A program made the translations under genes and the position numbers. The notes beneath the pieces were generated by a model. That model ran no database searches, was not told the DNA's origin, and worked only from the letters and a program-made list of their open reading frames with translations. From Acidobacteriaceae bacterium (GTDB taxonomy: Bacteria > Acidobacteriota > Terriglobia > Terriglobales > Acidobacteriaceae): DNA of 64,000 nucleotides. Shown one piece after another: positions 25,915 through 32,176 of the stretch (within the stretch, counting starts at the first letter, position 1; each line of letters opens with the position of its first letter). The stretch is taken from positions 28,228 through 92,227 of the forward strand of contig DATHQV010000164.1 of NCBI GenBank assembly GCA_035482355.1, given 5' to 3'.

Positions 25915-27125
25915 ACTACTGCGTGAATCATCCCGATGCGGCGGTTACCGCATACTGCCAAGACTGTGGAAGGGGGCTGTGCTCAGCGTGCACGCGCACT
26001 GTCCAGGGGAACATTTACTGTGAAGAGCACGCAACGGCGAGGACGGCGAGCGCTCAGGGTGCTCCGAGTGGAGCGGGCGCACCGGGCGGGATGCCCAGCG
26101 GGATTCCGGGTGGAATGCCTGGGCCAGCCTCGTATCCTTTTGGGACGCCTCCTCCGGCGTCGGGCACCAACACGGGGGCCGCGACCTTGCTGGGATTCAT
26201 CCCGGGCGTGGGCGCGATGTACAACGGCCAGTACATCAAGGCGATGGTGCACGTGGTGGTGTTCGTGATTTTGATGGGGATGGGGGATCGCTACTGGTTC
26301 TTCTGGCTGCTGCTGGCGTTCTGGGTGCTGTATCAGGTTTTCGACGCGCATCAGACAGCGCGGGCGCGGAAGTATGGGTTGCCGCTGCCGGATCCTTTTG
26401 GACTGAACGAGTTGGGAAACCGAATCGGCGGGCACGCGCCGGCGAATCCTCCCGTGGGACCCCCTCCGGGGGTTGCGGGGGCCGGAGCACCGGGTTCACC
26501 CGCGAATCCTTATGTGGACCAGGCAGCGCAGTGGGGACGGCAGGCGGATGTTTGGGGTGAGCAGGTCCGGCAACAGGCGCATCAATGGGGCGAGCAAGCC
26601 GGGCAGTGGGGCGAACAGATACGGGCGAAGGTGGTTGCCGCGGAGGCGCAGGCAAGAGCCGGGCAACCGGGTGCGAGATGGGGTGGGGGACCGGTATCGC
26701 AGGGATTTACTGCGACGGCTACTCCTCCTCCTCCTGGCGGGTGGGCTGCAACGCCGCCTCCTCCACCGGGAGCGTGGAGTGGTGCGCCGGGTCCGGTACC
26801 GCCGGTTCCACCCGTGCCGCCCATGCCACCGTTCCCGCAGGTGGAACTGGAGCGGGCGCGGCGGGAGCCTATTGGGGCCATAGTGCTGATCATTCTGGGC
26901 ATGTTGTTTCTGCTCAACACGATGGGATTCTTCAGCTTCGGATGGGTTGGGCATGGATGGCCGCTGGTGGTCGTGGCGATCGCGGTGTGGCTGCTGATGA
27001 GGAATGCGCGGGGACACACGGGGTTCATGCCGCACATGGGAGCCAAGCCGGGCAGTGGGCCTGGCGATGCGACGCAGGACACGAGTGCGAGCCAGCATGA
27101 GAACCAGCCGGGAGGCGAGAAATGA
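25911..27125 (+). CDS. membrane protein with N-terminal B-box-type zinc finger, proline-rich linkers, WGEQ repeats and LiaF-like C-terminal TM pair
   Basis: ATGA overlap with the anti-sigma stop, with AAGGGAAGGAG upstream. N-terminus CVNHPDAAVTAYCQDCGRGLCSACTRTVQGNIYCEEH (C-x2-H-x8-C-x2-C-x4-C-x2-C-x9-C-x2-H). TM helices at FIPGVGAMYNGQYIKAMVHVVVFVIL and IGAIVLIILGMLFLLNTMGFFSFGWVGHGWPLVVVAIAVWLLM. Confidence 0.75.
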   Translation: MNYCVNHPDAAVTAYCQDCGRGLCSACTRTVQGNIYCEEHATARTASAQGAPSGAGAPGGMPSGIPGGMPGPASYPFGTPPPASGTNTGAATLLGFIPGVGAMYNGQYIKAMVHVVVFVILMGMGDRYWFFWLLLAFWVLYQVFDAHQTARARKYGLPLPDPFGLNELGNRIGGHAPANPPVGPPPGVAGAGAPGSPANPYVDQAAQWGRQADVWGEQVRQQAHQWGEQAGQWGEQIRAKVVAAEAQARAGQPGARWGGGPVSQGFTATATPPPPGGWAATPPPPPGAWSGAPGPVPPVPPVPPMPPFPQVELERARREPIGAIVLIILGMLFLLNTMGFFSFGWVGHGWPLVVVAIAVWLLMRNARGHTGFMPHMGAKPGSGPGDATQDTSASQHENQPGGEK

Positions 27126-27490
27126 ATCAATACCTCTTTTTGCGGCGGATGCGGGGGCCGATCTTCCTGCTGGTATTTGGCGTGACGGCGATTTTGGATG
27201 TGTACACGCCGATTGATTACGGGCGGAGCTGGCCGCTCTACCTGATTGTGTGGGGAATTATGAAGCTGGCGGAGAACGCGATATTGGCGCAGAATCCGCC
27301 ACCTCCTCCAGGGCAGTGGCCGGGCGGGCCGGGCTATCCTCCGGGCAGCTATCCGGGCTCGTATCCGGGTTCCTATCCGGGTACCTACGCGGGAGCACAG
27401 GGGACGGCGGCTCCGGGCACGGGAACACAGAGTAGTGGAACGACGTCCACGACGGCGATTGTGCCGTCGCCGGGCGAGGAGAGAAGGTAA
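27122..27490 (+). CDS. small membrane protein with Pro/Gly/Tyr-rich C-terminal repeats
   Basis: ATGA overlap with the upstream gene. Two TM helices (IFLLVFGVTAILDVY, WPLYLIVWGIMKL) followed by PPPPPGQWPGGPGYPPGSYPGSYPGSYPGTY. Confidence 0.65.
   Translation: MNQYLFLRRMRGPIFLLVFGVTAILDVYTPIDYGRSWPLYLIVWGIMKLAENAILAQNPPPPPGQWPGGPGYPPGSYPGSYPGSYPGTYAGAQGTAAPGTGTQSSGTTSTTAIVPSPGEERR
27329..27388 (+). repeat. 12-nt tandem repeat (CCGGGNNNNTAY) x5 encoding PGYP-PGSY-PGSY-PGSY-PGTY
   Basis: Read directly from ccgggctatcct ccgggcagctat ccgggctcgtat ccgggttcctat ccgggtacctac. Confidence 0.8.
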
Positions 27491-27492
27491 GT

Positions 27493-29073
27493 ATGGGAAG
27501 CGCACCTCCGCCGTACGACGCGCGCTGGCAGGCGCGGCAGATGAAGGACGCCGCCCGGGCGCAACGGGACCAGTGGAAGGCCCAGGCACGAGCGCAGAAG
27601 GAGTACTACCGGGCTTGCTGGAAAGGGGCACGGCGGCCTTCATTTGTTGGGCCAGTGATTTTGCTCTGCGTGGGCATCGTCGCAATGCTGCTCTCGACGG
27701 GCCGGATCGACGCGGTGGACTTCTGGGCCTGGTATGCGAGGTGGTGGCCGATGCTGCTGATCGGGCTGGGCGGCCTGCTGCTGGGCGAATACTTTCTGGA
27801 CGCGCATAGTCCGTGGGTGGGGCGGCGTCCGATGGGCGGACTGGTATGGCTGGTGATCCTGATGATCGGGCTGGGATTTGTATCGCGCGAGGGACACCTG
27901 GTAGGGCCGTTTGCATGGAATTTCGATGGCGACAACGGCGGAGATTTCTGGAGCTGGATGGGACCGGAGCACGACAACGACGTGCAGATCGACCAGGTGC
28001 TAACTGCGGCGAAGCCAACGGTGAGCATCACCGATCCGAGCGGGGATATCACATTGACGCCCTCCACGGACGGACAAATGCATCTGCGGGCGCACGAGAT
28101 GGTGCACCGGACCTCGGAATCGGAAGCGCACAAGCTTTTTGGCGAGCTGAGACCGAAGGTGGAGACATCGTCGGGCGGCGCGGTGGTGACGGTGCCGGAA
28201 AAAGAGGGTGCTCGGGTGGATTTGACAGTGGAAGTGCCGGCAGCCGCCTATGCGACGGTGACGGCAGGACATGGCGACGTAACCGCGGATGGCCTGAACG
28301 GGGGCATCCAGGTGACGGCCGATCATGGCGAGGTGAAGCTCGAAGACATTGGCGGCGACGCGCAGGGGCACATCGACCACGGCGACTTTTCCGCGCATAA
28401 CGTGCAGGGGAAAGTGCAGCTGGATGGCAGCGGCGACGATGTGACGCTGTCAGAGATCAAAGGTGCGGTGACGATCGACGGGGATTTCTTCGGGGACATC
28501 CATCTGGAGCAGTTGGGCGGAACCGTGCATTACCAGTCGAGTATGACGACGCTGGAGATTCCGCATCTGGCTGGATCGCTGACGCTGGATAAGAGCGACC
28601 TGAGCGTGACGCGGGCGTCGGGTCCGGTGCGGGTGATAGCGAAGGCCAAGGATATCGACTTATCGCAGATTGCGGGCGATGCGCACATTGAAGACAGCGA
28701 CGGTGACGTGGATATGACGGCGGCCTCTCCGCTGGGCAACGTGCAGATTACGGATCGCACCGGCAACGTGATTGTGACGATGCCGGAAGATGCGAACTTC
28801 AGCGTGAGCGGCAGCACGAGCAGCGACGAGGCAGTGCGGACGGACTTTCCGCTGCGCACGTCAACGGATGGCGGGCGGCAGACGCTGGACGGCAGCGTGG
28901 GACACGGTGGCGTGAAGCTGGAACTCGAAACGGAACACGGGAATCTGGAGCTGCGCAAGGGCAGCAACACGACGCTGGCGGTGACGGACACGGATGATTC
29001 CGCGACGAAAGTGGCGGGCGCGAAGCACTTCAAGTCGCCGACGGGGGCGAAGCCGGAAGTGAAAGAGCAGTAA
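27493..29073 (+). CDS. LiaF-like N-terminal TM domain plus DUF4097 (toast-rack / putative adhesin) domain protein
   Basis: Starts 2 nt after the upstream stop, with GAGGAGAGAAGG upstream. TM helices (VGPVILLCVGIVAMLL, WWPMLLIGLGGLLLGEYFL, GLVWLVILMIGLGFV). A long beta-rich repeat region follows (GDVTADGLNGGIQVTADHGEVKLEDIGGDAQGHIDHGDFSAHNVQGKVQLDGSGDDVTLSEIKG...), typical of DUF4097/LiaG-like proteins. Confidence 0.75.
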   Translation: MGSAPPPYDARWQARQMKDAARAQRDQWKAQARAQKEYYRACWKGARRPSFVGPVILLCVGIVAMLLSTGRIDAVDFWAWYARWWPMLLIGLGGLLLGEYFLDAHSPWVGRRPMGGLVWLVILMIGLGFVSREGHLVGPFAWNFDGDNGGDFWSWMGPEHDNDVQIDQVLTAAKPTVSITDPSGDITLTPSTDGQMHLRAHEMVHRTSESEAHKLFGELRPKVETSSGGAVVTVPEKEGARVDLTVEVPAAAYATVTAGHGDVTADGLNGGIQVTADHGEVKLEDIGGDAQGHIDHGDFSAHNVQGKVQLDGSGDDVTLSEIKGAVTIDGDFFGDIHLEQLGGTVHYQSSMTTLEIPHLAGSLTLDKSDLSVTRASGPVRVIAKAKDIDLSQIAGDAHIEDSDGDVDMTAASPLGNVQITDRTGNVIVTMPEDANFSVSGSTSSDEAVRTDFPLRTSTDGGRQTLDGSVGHGGVKLELETEHGNLELRKGSNTTLAVTDTDDSATKVAGAKHFKSPTGAKPEVKEQ

Positions 29074-29113
29074 GAAGCGGAAGATGACCGCGTAGTGGAT
29101 GCCGGTGGGGCGT

Positions 29114-29818
29114 CTACTGCGCGGTTTCTTTTTTGGGGAAGAGAGGGCGGACGAGGTTCTCGATTTGGGTGAGGACCTGGTCGAGGGTGAGGGTGGTGGA
29201 GTCGATGACGATGGCGTCGGGCGCGGGGCGGAGGGGTGAGTTGGCGCGGTTGCGATCGCGTTCGTCGCGCTGGTGGAGCGCGTCGGCGACGGTGGAGTGG
29301 TTGGTGTGCGCCGTGGGCGTTGTGGTGGCGCTGGAATTTTGCTCGTAGCGGCGCAGGCTGCGGGCTTCGGGCGAGGCATCGAGAAAAACTTTTACATCGG
29401 CGTCGGGGAAGACGACGGTGCCGATGTCGCGGCCTTCCATGACGACACCGCCTTCACGGCCGAGGTCGCGCTGGAGGTCGACGAGCCAGGCGCGAATGGC
29501 GGGGTGAACGCTGACGCGGGAGGCTCCCTGGGTGACGTCGGAGTCGCGAATGCGTTCGGTGACGTCTTCGCCGTCGAGGAAGATGCGGTTGCCTGCGCGA
29601 TCAGGGCTGAGGATGACTTCGGTATCGTGCGCGAGGCGTTCGAGGGAAGGGGCGTCGTCGAAGTCGTAATCGCCCAGGATGGCCTTGAGAGCGAAGGCGC
29701 GATACATGGCGCCGGTTTCAAGATAGAGCAGGCCGAAATGCTGCGCGAGATGGCGGGCGACGGTGCTCTTGCCGGCTCCAGCCGGGCCGTCGATGGCGAT
29801 GATGGGACCGCGTGTCAT
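29114..29818 (-). CDS. cmk: cytidylate kinase
   Basis: IIAIDGPAGAGKSTVARHLAQHFGLLYLETGAMYRA, a P-loop plus Cmk signature, and GRDIGTVVFPDA. Confidence 0.95.
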   Translation of the reverse strand: MTRGPIIAIDGPAGAGKSTVARHLAQHFGLLYLETGAMYRAFALKAILGDYDFDDAPSLERLAHDTEVILSPDRAGNRIFLDGEDVTERIRDSDVTQGASRVSVHPAIRAWLVDLQRDLGREGGVVMEGRDIGTVVFPDADVKVFLDASPEARSLRRYEQNSSATTTPTAHTNHSTVADALHQRDERDRNRANSPLRPAPDAIVIDSTTLTLDQVLTQIENLVRPLFPKKETAQ

Positions 29819-31881
29819 TCGGAGCTTTCGTCCTTGCTACGATTTTTGCGCGGTTTGCCGGGGGGCGCGCCGGGTTTGCGGAAATTTTTGCGGGGAGGCG
29901 CACCGGGACGGGAGGATGCGCCGCCGCGGGGTGGGCCTCCGGGGCGGAAAGTGCGCTTCGCGCCTGCGCGTGCGCGTGGGCGCTTGGCGAAGTCGCCGGG
30001 ACCGCGTTTGGCGGTTCCAAAGCTGGGGCGCGGCTTGCCGGTGCCGGACTTAGCTGCGTCGAACTTGCCGGGCTTGTGGGCACCTGCATTGCGCCGTCCA
30101 GCGGAGAATTTCGCGGGACCGAACTTGCCGGGGCCTGACCGGGGTGCGCCCGAACGGGGCGGGCCGGATCTTGGCGGGCCTGATTTGCTGAAGCCGGGCT
30201 TGCTGAAGCCGGGCTTGCCGAAACCCGGTTTGTGGGGGCCGAATTTGTCAGGGCCGGATCGTCCAGTGCTGGGCCGACCGGAAGCGGGTCTGCCTGGCCC
30301 GGGTCTTCTGGGGCCGGATCGGGGTGTGGCGGGACGGCCGGCGCGCTCGGCGGCGTCGAAGCGCGGCATGCCGGGGCCGGGGCGGAGGAATTTTTGTGGT
30401 GGGGCGTCGGGGCCGGATGGTGCAGTGCGGCTCGGCGGACGCAGGCCTCCTTCGTGAGGGGCTGTGGGGCGAGCTGCAGGACGGGGGCGGTCGAAGGATC
30501 TGGGGCCGGACCTGGAGCCGGATCGAGGACCGGGGAATTTTCCACCAAAGCCCGGGCGGGGCCGGTCGAATGGCTTGTCGCGGCGCGGGAAAGGCGGGCG
30601 ACTGGAGGCCTGGGGTCGGCCACCCGGGCGATCTTTTTGCCACGGGCGAGGTGTGCCGGGACGAGCAGACACGGGGCGCGTTGGCGATTCCGGAGGCGCT
30701 GATTCCTGGCTAGCTGGCCGAGCTTCGCGCGGGAAGGATGGGCGATCTTCGCGACTGCGGAAGGGTGCAGGGCGCTTCTGCCAGGGCTTGGCGCTGTCGC
30801 CTGGATGCTTCTGGAAGGGACGCGGGATCGGTTTGTCTCCGCTGGGCTTGCCGCCGGATGCTGCTGGCCGGAATTCGCGGCGGGGTGGACGGGCGCCGCG
30901 GGCGTCGTCGCGGGAATATTTGCGAATGGCTTCGCGGCGGGCGCGGTCCTGTTGCGGCGAAGCGGGCGATGATGCCGGTGGGGTGGCCTCTGCTGCACCG
31001 TCGACGGCTGATCCGGTAACGGATTCGGGGGCGGGCGCCGCTTCGGGGAGATGGTCGGGTAGGGACCCTTCGACAAAGAGGAGCGTGTGGGTGCCGACGG
31101 ACATGGTGCCGAACTGCCGGGCCGCGGTCATGCCGTGGACGACGTCGCGAATGCGAGAGCGCGCGGTGAGCGGGGAGAGGAAAATTTCGGCTTCTTCTCC
31201 AGTGGCGGCGACGGCGGAGCGCAAATAGACAGAGAGAAGCGCGGAGAGCGCGGTGGGCTGCGCGGTGTTGGCGGCGGTGGCGAGCTGCGGGGCGTAGCGA
31301 TCCTTGAGCAGGCTCCAGCGGGTTGGCTCGCCGGCGGTGTAGGCCGGGGCGGCGCGGAGGGTGGTCCATAGCTCGATGAGGGCGCGGAGGACGGCCGCTT
31401 CGGTGAGCTCGCGACCGAGGAGTTCGCGAATTTCAACGGCAGTTTGCGCGCCTTGCTGGTCGAGGGCCTCCCAGGTGCGGAGAACGATGGGAGCGATGCC
31501 GCGGCCGGTGGGAGCGGTCTTCCACTGGCGATCGCCGCGGACGGCAACGACCCAGGGAAGGACGTCGGGGGTAATGAGGAAGTCGGGCTGCTCGGAGAAG
31601 GTGCCGAGGAGGTTGAGGGGGATGGCGCGGCCCGCATCGACGAGGCGGATGGCGAGATCCATGGCGGGGGCGATGGCGTCGGCGGGAGGCATAGCGCGGA
31701 CGGTGCCCATGCAGGCTTCAACGAAGGACGGCGCGGGTGCGGGGAGCTGGGTGTGCCGCGGCAGGAAGAGGCAGAAGTTGATGTTGTCGAGCCATCGAGC
31801 GGCGTCGTCGTAGGTGAGGATCGGTGCGGCGTTTTGACGCCACAGCGCGGCGCGCGCGATTTGTAACTGTTGCTGATTCAA
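29815..31881 (-). CDS. hypothetical protein: about 330-aa folded N-terminal domain plus about 350-aa Arg/Pro/Gly/Lys-rich disordered basic tail
   Basis: 688-aa ORF whose stop overlaps the cmk start by 4 nt. The tail contains KPGFGKPGFSKPGFSKSGPPRSGPPRSGAPRSGPGKFGPAKF and many RP/RG/KF dipeptides. I could not assign a family to the N-terminal domain. Confidence 0.75.
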   Translation of the reverse strand: MNQQQLQIARAALWRQNAAPILTYDDAARWLDNINFCLFLPRHTQLPAPAPSFVEACMGTVRAMPPADAIAPAMDLAIRLVDAGRAIPLNLLGTFSEQPDFLITPDVLPWVVAVRGDRQWKTAPTGRGIAPIVLRTWEALDQQGAQTAVEIRELLGRELTEAAVLRALIELWTTLRAAPAYTAGEPTRWSLLKDRYAPQLATAANTAQPTALSALLSVYLRSAVAATGEEAEIFLSPLTARSRIRDVVHGMTAARQFGTMSVGTHTLLFVEGSLPDHLPEAAPAPESVTGSAVDGAAEATPPASSPASPQQDRARREAIRKYSRDDARGARPPRREFRPAASGGKPSGDKPIPRPFQKHPGDSAKPWQKRPAPFRSREDRPSFPREARPASQESAPPESPTRPVSARPGTPRPWQKDRPGGRPQASSRPPFPRRDKPFDRPRPGFGGKFPGPRSGSRSGPRSFDRPRPAARPTAPHEGGLRPPSRTAPSGPDAPPQKFLRPGPGMPRFDAAERAGRPATPRSGPRRPGPGRPASGRPSTGRSGPDKFGPHKPGFGKPGFSKPGFSKSGPPRSGPPRSGAPRSGPGKFGPAKFSAGRRNAGAHKPGKFDAAKSGTGKPRPSFGTAKRGPGDFAKRPRARAGAKRTFRPGGPPRGGASSRPGAPPRKNFRKPGAPPGKPRKNRSKDESSE
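30186..30230. repeat. 15-nt tandem repeat x3 (TGCTGAAGCCGGGCT, TGCTGAAGCCGGGCT, TGCCGAAACCCGGTT)
   Basis: Read directly. Encodes KPGFG/KPGFS/KPGFS on the minus strand, inside the disordered tail. Confidence 0.8.
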
Positions 31882-31924
31882 AAAGAGCCTGCTTTGGCAA
31901 AGTAGCTGTTGTGGGGAATGCGAT

Positions 31925-32076
31925 CCCTCAGGGGCTAAAGCCCTGACATCTCGCGAAACATGACGTACGGGCTGAACAGGTTACGGGAAAAGCCGGACTC
32001 CGCTCAGAAAGGACGCTCCTCAGGGGCTAAAGCCCAACATATCTGAAGATACCTACGGCACGGCTCAAGCCGTGCC
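31925..32076. repeat. cluster of REP-like hairpins between mutL and the downstream gene
   Basis: The 16-mer TCAGGGGCTAAAGCCC occurs twice (31928-31943 and 32020-32035); the first copy forms the hairpin TCAGGG-GCTAAA-CCCTGA. A further hairpin, GGCACGGC-TCAA-GCCGTGCC, lies at 32057-32076. Confidence 0.45.
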
Positions 32077-32176
32077 CCTTCAAAGCAATTTCATCTTTCC
32101 GCAAGCTGTAGAGCCGATACCTTTGAAAACGCCTTGCGGCAGCAATCGCCGCACGGCCAATGGCCCGGGAGGGTTC

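Noticed and set aside
26582-28018. 478-aa minus-strand ORF antisense to the B-box, PGSY and DUF4097 genes
   Set aside because: The translation is Arg/Pro/Ser-rich low complexity with no domain signature. It overlaps three plus-strand genes that have recognisable motifs, RBSs and coupled junctions. This is a typical high-GC antisense artefact.
29273-31228. Several ORFs of 250-450 aa in other frames (29273-30457 +, 29718-31076 -, 30464-31228 +, 30710-31369 -)
   Set aside because: They are generated by the GC-rich, stop-poor low-complexity sequence that encodes the basic tail of the 688-aa protein. Only the 29815-31881 frame has a folded N-terminal domain and the 4-nt coupling to cmk.
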